The notes under the pieces are model-generated. The model was not told where the DNA came from. It saw nothing but the letters and a program-made list of their open reading frames with translations, and did no database searches. This document shows positions 56,698-64,000 of a stretch of DNA of 64,000 nucleotides, piece by piece; position 1 is the stretch's first letter, and each line of letters starts with the position of its first letter. Made by a program: the position numbers and the translations under genes. Source of the DNA: an uncultured Clostridia bacterium (GTDB taxonomy: Bacteria > Bacillota > Clostridia > TANB77 > CAG-508); contig CAMMZC010000003.1 of assembly GCA_946529215.1 (NCBI GenBank), forward strand, positions 3,976 to 67,975. The letters run 5' to 3'.

Positions 56698-57450
56698 TTA
56701 TTTTTCAAAATTTACTATAGCAGAAAAATCATCAGCTTTAAGACTTGCTCCTCCAATAAGTCCTCCATCTATATCTGACATTTCAAGTAATTCTTTTGCA
56801 TTACTTGGCTTCATACTTCCGCCGTATTGTATTATAACTCTTTCTGACACATTTTGTCCATAGATTTCGCAAATTTTTTCACGAATTTTTTTAATTGCTT
56901 CATTTGCATCTTCTTTAGTTGCTGTTTTTCCTGTTCCAATTGCCCATATTGGCTCATATGCAATTATAGTATTTGCAACCTGTTCGTTACTTAGTCCATC
57001 TAAAGCTTTTTGAGTCTGAGAAGTAATTACTTCAAAAGCACTTCCTGCTTCTCTTTGCTCTAAAGTTTCTCCAACACATACAATTGGTTTTAATTCATTT
57101 GCAAATGCAGCTTTTATCTTTTTATTTACTGTTTCATCTGTCTCATTAAAATATTGTCTTCTTTCAGAGTGACCTATTATCACATATTCTACTCCAATAG
57201 ATTTTAGCATTTTTCCAGAAACCTCTCCAGTAAAAGCTCCTTTTTCTTCAAAATGCATATTTTGTGCACCAATTTTTATATTAGTTCCTTGAGCTATGTT
57301 TAAACAATAAAATAAATCAGTATACGGAACGCATAAAATGACTTCATTTTCAGTATCTTTTACTAATGGCTCTAGTTCTGTTATCATTGCCATTGCTTCA
57401 TTTGGAAGCATATTCATTTTCCAATTTCCAGCTATCACTTTTCTTCTCAT
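56698..57450 (-). CDS. tpiA: Triosephosphate isomerase
   Basis: IAGNWKMN, IIGHSERR and AYEPIWAIGTG. The ATG at 57450 follows GGAGG. Confidence 0.97.
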   Translation of the reverse strand: MRRKVIAGNWKMNMLPNEAMAMITELEPLVKDTENEVILCVPYTDLFYCLNIAQGTNIKIGAQNMHFEEKGAFTGEVSGKMLKSIGVEYVIIGHSERRQYFNETDETVNKKIKAAFANELKPIVCVGETLEQREAGSAFEVITSQTQKALDGLSNEQVANTIIAYEPIWAIGTGKTATKEDANEAIKKIREKICEIYGQNVSERVIIQYGGSMKPSNAKELLEMSDIDGGLIGGASLKADDFSAIVNFEK

Positions 57451-57467
57451 TATTATAAACCTCCTTT

Positions 57468-57803
57468 TTAACATTTTTTATTATGTTTATATTCTCTATG
57501 CCTATTATATTGCATTTTCTCTTCAATTATTTTATCTAAATCAATATTATATGCTCCGCAAAAATCACATATTCTAATTATAACATCTGCAAATACTGAA
57601 GGTATACCACAAGGCTTATCTCCATTTTCATAATATGTTTCATTAAAGTCCTTTCCATGTCTATATTCTTCAAATGCTTCAGATAATTCTGTGTGCATTA
57701 ATGCAATTACTTCTCCAAAATCTCTTTCTTTTTCCCAAAAACCATGTTTCTTTGAATTTTCGAAAGCTTCTTTAGATATATCATTTAATGATTTCATAAT
57801 CAC
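57468..57803 (-). CDS. MazG-like nucleotide pyrophosphohydrolase (small, all-alpha)
   Basis: 111 aa. LMHTELSEAFEEYRH ... FADVIIRICDFC is the EExxE/D-type MazG helix pair. Its start overlaps the ispH stop by 4 nt (ATGA). Confidence 0.7.
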   Translation of the reverse strand: MIMKSLNDISKEAFENSKKHGFWEKERDFGEVIALMHTELSEAFEEYRHGKDFNETYYENGDKPCGIPSVFADVIIRICDFCGAYNIDLDKIIEEKMQYNRHREYKHNKKC

Positions 57804-58645
57804 ACCTCTTCTAATTTATTTTTTACCCTTATAATATCTTCTTTTGGAGTTGATGCTCCTGCCATTATTCCAATTGTTTTTATATCTTTCATTTTTTTTA
57901 TATCTAATTCATTTTCATCAGCTATAAATAAAACTTTATCACAATATTTACATGATATTTCATATAATTTATTTGTATTTGAGCTTCTCTTGTCACCTAT
58001 TATTACCATCATTTCAACTTTTTTTGCTATTTCTTTAGTTTCTTTTTGTCTAATTTCAGTTGATGGACAAATTGTTTTTTTAATTTCTAAATGAACATTA
58101 TTTTTTAACTGTCTTTTTAATTCCTCTGCAATTTCATCAAATTTTATTGAACTATGTGTTGTTTGAGAAATTAATAAAATATTTTTTTCATTTTGAATTT
58201 TTTTTAATACTTTATTTATTTCCTCTTTATTAGCTATAACTGCATATTTAGTCCCCGCTCTACTTTTTATTCCTATTATTTCCGGATGTTTATTATCACC
58301 AACTATAATTATAAAAAAGTCTTTTTTTGAATAATCTTCTACCATCTGTTGAATTTTTAAAACACTTGGACAAGTTAAGTCTATAAGTGCAATATTGCTT
58401 TTTCTTGCTTTTTCATATACATCTTTTGGTACGCCATGAGCCCTTATTATTGTTTTGCCTTTTGCTTGTTCTATATTATTAATAAATATTACTCCTGCTT
58501 TTTCTAACTTTTCTATCACATTTTGATTATGAACTATTTCACCTAAGCAATATGTTACACCAATTCTAGCTTCTTTTATTGCATTATCTACTGCTCTTTT
58601 AACTCCGTAGCAAAAACCTGCATTTTCACCTATTATTATCTCCAT
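57800..58645 (-). CDS. ispH: 4-hydroxy-3-methylbut-2-enyl diphosphate reductase
   Basis: 281 aa. GFCYGVKRAV (first Fe-S Cys), EIVHN, TCPSV and SSNTNKL motifs. Confidence 0.92.
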   Translation of the reverse strand: MEIIIGENAGFCYGVKRAVDNAIKEARIGVTYCLGEIVHNQNVIEKLEKAGVIFINNIEQAKGKTIIRAHGVPKDVYEKARKSNIALIDLTCPSVLKIQQMVEDYSKKDFFIIIVGDNKHPEIIGIKSRAGTKYAVIANKEEINKVLKKIQNEKNILLISQTTHSSIKFDEIAEELKRQLKNNVHLEIKKTICPSTEIRQKETKEIAKKVEMMVIIGDKRSSNTNKLYEISCKYCDKVLFIADENELDIKKMKDIKTIGIMAGASTPKEDIIRVKNKLEEV

Positions 58646-58751
58646 TTTCTATCATTCCTTATTATAGCATTTTCATTGCTTCTTCTTCTAGAAAATCTAC
58701 TATGCCTTCTTGCGGATTTTTTTATTTTGCTATTTAAACAATATTAATTCG

Positions 58752-59939
58752 TTACTTATCTAATAAAGCTTCAATTCCTGGTAATTTCTTACCCTCTAAA
58801 AATTCTAATGAAGCTCCTCCACCTGTAGAAACATGTGAAATTTTATCTGCAAGACCTGCTTTTTCTACAGCTGCGGCTGAATCTCCTCCACCTACAATTG
58901 TAATTGCATCATTTAAGTTTGCTAGTTTATGAGCTATAGCATCTGTTCCAACTGCGAATTGATCAAACTCAAATAATCCTAAAGGTCCATTCCATACTAT
59001 AGTTTTAGCTCCATTTAATTCTTTCCTAAACATTTCTATAGTTTTTTCTCCTATATCAAAACCTTGCCATCCATCTGGAATATCTGTCCAAGCTACAGTT
59101 TTGCTTTCTGTATCTGGCTTATATTCTTTTCCTATTTTTGTATCTATAGGAAGCACCATTTTTACACCTTTTTCTTTAGCTTTTGCCATTAATTCTAAAG
59201 CTAAGTCGCATTTATCCTCTTCACATAAAGAATCTCCAACACTATATCCTTGTGCTTTGAAAAATGTATATGCCATTGCTCCACCAATCATTAATGTATC
59301 TACTTTTTCTAATAAACTATCTATTACACCAATTTTATCAGAAACTTTAGCTCCACCTAAAATTGCAACATAAGGTCTTTTTGGATTTTCTAATGCATTT
59401 CCTAAAAATGTTAATTCTTTTTCTATCAAAAATCCTGATACAGCAGGTAAATATTTTGTTACTCCTTCTGTAGAAGCATGTGCTCTATGTGCTGTTCCAA
59501 ATGCATCATTTACAAATACTTCTCCAAATTCGGCTAATTTTTTAGCAAATTCAGGATCATTATCTGTTTCTTCTCTATGAAATCTAAGATTTTCTAATAA
59601 TAATATTTCTCCATTTTTTAATTTATTTGCTTTTTTAGTTGCATCTTCACCAATTACATCTTTTGCCATAACTACATCTGTTTTTAATTGTTTTGAAAGC
59701 TCTTTTGCAACAGGTGCTAAAGAAAATTCAGGTTTAAACTCTCCTTTTGGTCTTCCTAAATGTGAACATAAAACTATTTTGCAATTTTGTTCTAATAAGT
59801 ATTTTATAGTTGGAAGTGCAGCTACAATTCTTCTGTTATCTGTTATATTTCTATTTTCATCCATTGGAACATTAAAGTCACATCTAACTAAAACTTTTTT
59901 ATCTTTTAAATCTATATCTTTCACTGTTTTTTTATTCAT
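58752..59939 (-). CDS. pgk: Phosphoglycerate kinase
   Basis: [18 protein letters not shown] and [13 protein letters not shown]. The ATG at 59939 is preceded by AAAGGA. The ORF is open to 59957. Confidence 0.97.
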   Translation of the reverse strand: MNKKTVKDIDLKDKKVLVRCDFNVPMDENRNITDNRRIVAALPTIKYLLEQNCKIVLCSHLGRPKGEFKPEFSLAPVAKELSKQLKTDVVMAKDVIGEDATKKANKLKNGEILLLENLRFHREETDNDPEFAKKLAEFGEVFVNDAFGTAHRAHASTEGVTKYLPAVSGFLIEKELTFLGNALENPKRPYVAILGGAKVSDKIGVIDSLLEKVDTLMIGGAMAYTFFKAQGYSVGDSLCEEDKCDLALELMAKAKEKGVKMVLPIDTKIGKEYKPDTESKTVAWTDIPDGWQGFDIGEKTIEMFRKELNGAKTIVWNGPLGLFEFDQFAVGTDAIAHKLANLNDAITIVGGGDSAAAVEKAGLADKISHVSTGGGASLEFLEGKKLPGIEALLDK

Positions 59940-60002
59940 AAATATCCATCCTTTCATAAATAAATGGGTAGAAAAGTTCCCCCTCCACCCATATTTTTCA
60001 AC

Positions 60003-61019
60003 CTAATTTAATTCTGCAAAATACTTAATAGTTCTAACCATCTGACTAGTATATGAATTTTCATTATCATACCAAGCAACTACTTGTACTTGATATAAAT
60101 CATCTGCAAGCTTCATACACATTGTTTGTGTACTATCAAATAATGAACCACATGTAATTCCAATAATATCTGAAGATACTAATGGCTCATCTGTATATCC
60201 AAATGAAGCACTTTCTTGAGCTTTCATTGCTGCATTTATAGAATCTGGTGTAATATCTGTTCCTTTAACAACTGCTGTTAAAATTGTTGTTGATCCTGTA
60301 GGAACTGGAACTCTTTGTGCTGATCCAATTAATTTCCCATTTAATTCAGGTATAACTAGTCCAATTGCTTTAGCAGCTCCTGTTGAGTTTGGTACAATAT
60401 TTACTGCTGCAGCTCTTGCTCTTCTTAAATCACCTTTTCTGTGTGGACCATCTAATAACATTTGGTCTCCAGTATATGCATGAACTGTTGTCATTATTCC
60501 TGATTGGATTGGTGCATAATCATTTAATGCTTTTGCCATTGGTGCTAAGCAGTTTGTTGTACAAGAAGCAGCTGAAATAACTGTATCTTCTTTCTTTAAT
60601 ATGTTTTCATTAACTCCAAATACTACTGTTGGTAAATCACTTCCTGCAGGTGCTGATATAACAACTTTTTTAGCACCAGCTCTTATATGAGCTTCTGCTT
60701 TTTCTTTTGTTGTATAAAATCCTGTACATTCTAATACAACGTCTACATCTAATTCTCCCCATGGTAATTGAGACGCATCTGCCATTGCATATATTTTTAT
60801 TGTTTTTCCATCTACTGTTATAGAGTCTTCTCCTGCTACTACTGTATCTGCCTTATCATATCTTTTTTGACATGAATCATATTTTAATAAATGAGCTAAC
60901 ATTTTTGGACTTGTTAAGTCGTTTATTGCAACAACCTCATATCCTTCTGCTCCAAACATTTGTCTAAATGCTAGACGTCCTATTCTTCCAAAACCATTAA
61001 TGGCTACTTTTACTGCCAT
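60003..61019 (-). CDS. gap: Glyceraldehyde-3-phosphate dehydrogenase
   Basis: INGFGRIGR, the active site SCTTNCLAP, and WYDNE. Confidence 0.98.
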   Translation of the reverse strand: MAVKVAINGFGRIGRLAFRQMFGAEGYEVVAINDLTSPKMLAHLLKYDSCQKRYDKADTVVAGEDSITVDGKTIKIYAMADASQLPWGELDVDVVLECTGFYTTKEKAEAHIRAGAKKVVISAPAGSDLPTVVFGVNENILKKEDTVISAASCTTNCLAPMAKALNDYAPIQSGIMTTVHAYTGDQMLLDGPHRKGDLRRARAAAVNIVPNSTGAAKAIGLVIPELNGKLIGSAQRVPVPTGSTTILTAVVKGTDITPDSINAAMKAQESASFGYTDEPLVSSDIIGITCGSLFDSTQTMCMKLADDLYQVQVVAWYDNENSYTSQMVRTIKYFAELN

Positions 61020-61056
61020 AAAAATTCCTCCTTTTTATTTAGCTTCATATATTTTA

Positions 61057-61166
61057 TTATAAAGCAAAAATCGTTAGATTTTTGTGAATATAAAAAGACA
61101 AAGTTTCTTATATTCGTGCGATTGCAAAGCAATCTGTACATATGCGAAGCTACTTTTCTTATTTTG
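61057..61166 (-). promoter_or_regulatory. Conserved ~110-nt leader upstream of gap (paralogue of the eno leader)
   Basis: Aligns with 53937..54048. The central palindrome GATTGC-N3-GCAATC is retained with its loop inverted (AAA vs TTT), and one flanking stem pair is changed in a compensatory way. Confidence 0.55.
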
Positions 61167-61298
61167 CCTTTTTAAGACAATTTTATTCTATACTATTAAT
61201 AGTTTTTTTGCAAGTGTTTTTCAAAAATTTTTTTTAAATATTTAGACTCTTCATCAAAAAAAAATATACTAACACTATTAACTAGTAATCAGTATATT

Positions 61299-61559
61299 TT
61301 AGTTGTTATAATGACCTTTACAAGAAATAATTTTCACGCAATCATTATCTATTGTATAAACTATTCTATTTACATCATCTATTCTTCTACTCCAAAATCC
61401 CAACAAGTTATCTTTTAGAGGTTCAGGTTTTCCAATGCCTTCATAAAAATTTCTATTTATGTCTTTTATTAATAAATTGATTCTTTTTAAAGTCTTTTTG
61501 TCCTGTTTTTGCCAATAGCAATAATCTTGCCACGCTCTTTCTTCCCATAAAATTTTCAT
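61299..61559 (-). CDS. yoeB: YoeB/Txe-family toxin (type II TA)
   Basis: MKILWEERAWQDYCYWQKQDKKTLKRINLLIKDI..GIGKPEPLKDNLLGFWSRRID..RIVY...GHY aligns end to end with E. coli YoeB as I recall it. Alternative in-frame starts at 61574/61571 overlap the antitoxin gene. Confidence 0.88.
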   Translation of the reverse strand: MKILWEERAWQDYCYWQKQDKKTLKRINLLIKDINRNFYEGIGKPEPLKDNLLGFWSRRIDDVNRIVYTIDNDCVKIISCKGHYNN

Positions 61560-61560
61560 A

Positions 61561-61830
61561 TTATTTATCATCATCCTCTATTAAATCATGCTCTTCAAAT
61601 TTTGCTTTTCCTGTTTTAATATCAGATACAATTTTTTCAAGATATTCTATATTACTTTTAGAATAAAATGGGTCTATTTTTATTTCAAATGGTAATCTTC
61701 TTTCTCTTAGTACTGTTTTTATAAACATATTTATTGCTACTGATACATTCATACCTGCTTCATTACAAAATAATTCAAAATTCTTTTTATCTAATTCATT
61801 AACTCTTACACTTAAATTTGTTTGAGCCAT
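61561..61830 (-). CDS. RelB/DinJ-family antitoxin
   Basis: MAQTNLSVRVNELDKKNFELFCNEAGMNVSVAINMFIKTVLRERRLPFEI is a DinJ-type ribbon-helix-helix, followed by an acidic C-terminal tail. The ATG at 61830 lies 8 nt after AAGGAAG. Confidence 0.85.
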   Translation of the reverse strand: MAQTNLSVRVNELDKKNFELFCNEAGMNVSVAINMFIKTVLRERRLPFEIKIDPFYSKSNIEYLEKIVSDIKTGKAKFEEHDLIEDDDK

Positions 61831-61852
61831 AAAAATCACTTCCTTTTAGTAT

Positions 61853-61892
61853 ATTATATTACAAATATATTATTTTGTCAATACATTGTATT
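61853..61892 (-). promoter_or_regulatory. Consensus promoter of the TA operon with overlapping palindromic operator
   Basis: Minus strand reads TTGACA (61881-76), a 17-nt spacer, then TATAAT (61858-53). The palindrome AATACA-T-TGTATT (61880-92) abuts and overlaps the -35. Confidence 0.6.
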
Positions 61893-61952
61893 ATTTTGCA
61901 CTCTATAGCTCCATTTTATACTATATATAATTAAAATTATTTATTATCTATT

Positions 61953-62483
61953 TTACGCTACCTCTGTCACATACTCATATTCTTCATAACTTGGCATATA
62001 TTTTTCTATCATATCCCAAAATTTTTTAGTATTTGCTCTATATTTTAGATGGCAAAATTCATATAAAACTACATATCTTAAAACTTCTTTATTATATTTA
62101 ACTATTTCAGGATTTATAACTATAGTTTTGTCTTTTAATGTTTTTGCAAGTTTATTTGGAATTCTTTTTATGACATAGTTTTCTGGTGCAATACCTTTTA
62201 GCTTAATTCTTGTTTCTTCCATAATATTTTCTATTTCAACTCTTGCAATTTCATCATACATTTTTTCTAATGCTAATTTTAAAATATTTACATCACTATT
62301 TCTTTTATATTTAAGTGGTAAATTAATTTCTATATTTTTTCCATTTAAATCTAGTTCAGGATTTTTTATTTTTTTATATATTATTTTTATCTCATAACTT
62401 TCTCCAAATATTTTTGCGTCTTTTCCTAATACTTTTTCTAAATTTGTTTTTCTATTTAATAATTTTAACATAATACAATCCAT
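61953..62483 (-). CDS. DUF45/YgjP-like (M48-type) protein with degenerate zinc motif
   Basis: 176 aa. The C-terminal VVLYEFCHLKYRANTKKFWDMIEKYMPSYEE corresponds to the family's HExxH...FW..v...mPdy block, but the first His is Tyr. Confidence 0.65.
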   Translation of the reverse strand: MDCIMLKLLNRKTNLEKVLGKDAKIFGESYEIKIIYKKIKNPELDLNGKNIEINLPLKYKRNSDVNILKLALEKMYDEIARVEIENIMEETRIKLKGIAPENYVIKRIPNKLAKTLKDKTIVINPEIVKYNKEVLRYVVLYEFCHLKYRANTKKFWDMIEKYMPSYEEYEYVTEVA

Positions 62484-62731
62484 CCCTTTCTTTTTTGCTT
62501 TCTAGGACACATACCATGTAAATCGCTTTGCATTCTTGCTTTTTATATATCTAAATTCTAAATTTATGCCCTAAATATTTATTGTGAACTCTTGTTCGCT
62601 TTGCTGATTGTATTATATATCGTATTTTTTATTTTGTCAATACTTTTTTTAAAAGTTTTTCAAATTTCTGTTCGTATTCTTGTAAATCCTTATTAAACCT
62701 ATTATTGGTCATTATTTAATTATCTACGCAT

Positions 62732-63616
62732 CTATAAATTGGTTAATAAATTATTTAATTTATTACTTAAATCACATTTAATTACCAACTCTTTTGAAGT
62801 TACTGGATGTAAAAATTTTAGTTTATAGCAATGTAGAGCCTGCCCTTCTATTAAATCACTTTTTTTACCATATAATGAATCTCCTAAAAGTGGATGACCA
62901 ATATATGCAAAATGTACACGTATTTGATGTGTTCTTCCTGTTAATAATCTGCATTTTACTAAATTATTATTACTAAATTCGCTTATAACTTCATATTCTG
63001 TTATTGCCCTTTGTCCTGTTTCAGATACACATCTTTCTATAATGCTTCCTTCTTTCCTTTCAATAGGTTTATCTATTATTCCTTTTTTATATTCTAAAAC
63101 TCCTGTTACAATTGCTAAATACTCTTTTGTAAAAGTTTTTGTTTGCATTTGTTTAATTAGATTTTCCTGAATATATTCATTTTTTGCAAAAATAACTAGA
63201 CCTGATGTATTTAAATCTAGTCGATTTACAGGTCTAATTTTTTTATGAATTCCAATAGTTTCAAAATAGTATTTTACTCCACTTGCAATAGAATCTTCAT
63301 AATGCCTAATTGAAGGATGAATTGCAATTCCTGAAGGTTTATTTATTATTAACATTGCTTCATCTTCATATACTATATCTAAATTCATTTGTTTTGAAAC
63401 TATGTTTGAATTATCTTCTTCATAGTTTAGGTCTATTGTTATTACATCATTTTCAGTAACTTTAAGTCTCGTATCTATATTTACACCATTTACAAAAATT
63501 CTTTTGTCTCTTATAAGTTTTGTAAATAGCCTATTTGACAAATCAAATTTTTGATTAATTATTTCATTTATTATTTTATTTGTATCATTTTTATTTACAA
63601 TATATTTAAGTATCAT
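62732..63616 (-). CDS. RluA-family pseudouridine synthase (RluD-like, with S4 domain)
   Basis: 294 aa. N-terminal S4-like RNA-binding region. Catalytic HRLDLNTSGL aspartate motif. C-terminal GRTHQIRVH. Confidence 0.88.
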   Translation of the reverse strand: MILKYIVNKNDTNKIINEIINQKFDLSNRLFTKLIRDKRIFVNGVNIDTRLKVTENDVITIDLNYEEDNSNIVSKQMNLDIVYEDEAMLIINKPSGIAIHPSIRHYEDSIASGVKYYFETIGIHKKIRPVNRLDLNTSGLVIFAKNEYIQENLIKQMQTKTFTKEYLAIVTGVLEYKKGIIDKPIERKEGSIIERCVSETGQRAITEYEVISEFSNNNLVKCRLLTGRTHQIRVHFAYIGHPLLGDSLYGKKSDLIEGQALHCYKLKFLHPVTSKELVIKCDLSNKLNNLLTNL

Positions 63617-63628
63617 AAAACTCCTTTT

Positions 63629-64000
63629 TCAGATATTTTCACATATAAAATCTATTACACCAAAATCATTTTCTGGCAAATTTGCTTTTTCTTCGTCTGT
63701 TATTTCGGTACAGTATTTATTAAGGTTTTTATTAATTGAAATTGCACCTAAAGGGTATCCTGGATTAATTTTAGTAGATATTTTATCCACCATATAAAGA
63801 TCATCTTCACTCCATATATATGTTTTTTCTTCTCCATTTTTTATTAAAGCTATTCCATATATCCATCTACAGGGTAATTTACCATCAACTCCATAATCTC
63901 TTACTAATTTAGTATAATGTTCAATCATCTCTTCGTCAGTTAATCTCTTATCATTTACTCTTCTAACATACATTCCAGGTTGTTTATCATCTGGAACTTT
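63629..64000 (-). CDS. Hypothetical protein, C-terminal part (ORF continues beyond the right edge)
   Basis: The frame stays open upstream of the listed Met (..KVPDDKQPGMYVRRVNDKRL..) to position 64000. No family recognised. Confidence 0.5.
   Translation of the reverse strand, partial: KVPDDKQPGMYVRRVNDKRLTDEEMIEHYTKLVRDYGVDGKLPCRWIYGIALIKNGEEKTYIWSEDDLYMVDKISTKINPGYPLGAISINKNLNKYCTEITDEEKANLPENDFGVIDFICENI

Overview
64-kb stretch of a very AT-rich Bacillota (Clostridia-like) chromosome. It holds just over 50 protein genes. All but three (a Xer recombinase, a spoVFB-like gene, a crp/fnr regulator) are on the minus strand, so this is one long co-directional block. Core content: alr, a small alarmone synthetase, pepF, pepV, pgi, rplU-rpmA, initiator tRNA, a yhaO/yhaN-like nuclease/ATPase pair, tRNA-Thr, nrdD, rpsF-ssb-rpsR, relA, recJ, rny, an aquaporin, rpe, and a gap-pgk-tpi-gpmI-eno block with extra genes embedded in it. 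Accessory or unusual content: (1) At 16.5-25.6 kb, next to the initiator tRNA, lies a tight minus-strand operon. It encodes a stand-alone RyR-domain protein, a membrane/Rossmann(RCK-like)/RyR protein, a 1265-aa DUF4062-like/TPR/Cna-B protein, micro-ORFs, a frameshifted rhomboid and a TIR-TIR-TPR protein. It has no NTPase or nuclease. This is my best candidate for an undescribed conflict or nucleotide-signalling system. (2) At 34.4-40.7 kb there is a dlt-like carrier-protein/MBOAT envelope-modification operon that carries an extra fold-type III PLP decarboxylase and is interrupted by palindromic elements. (3) Several families of intergenic palindromic/MITE-like repeats are present. One is nested in the nrdD leader. 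A separate ~110-bp conserved leader is shared by gap and eno. (4) Also present: a 6S-like RNA, a DinJ/YoeB toxin-antitoxin pair, an orphan YezG-type immunity gene and an in-frame tandem-repeat gene. I saw no CRISPR array, rRNA, transposase or prophage. All calls rest on reading the sequence and ORF translations by eye. No database search or folding program was run.
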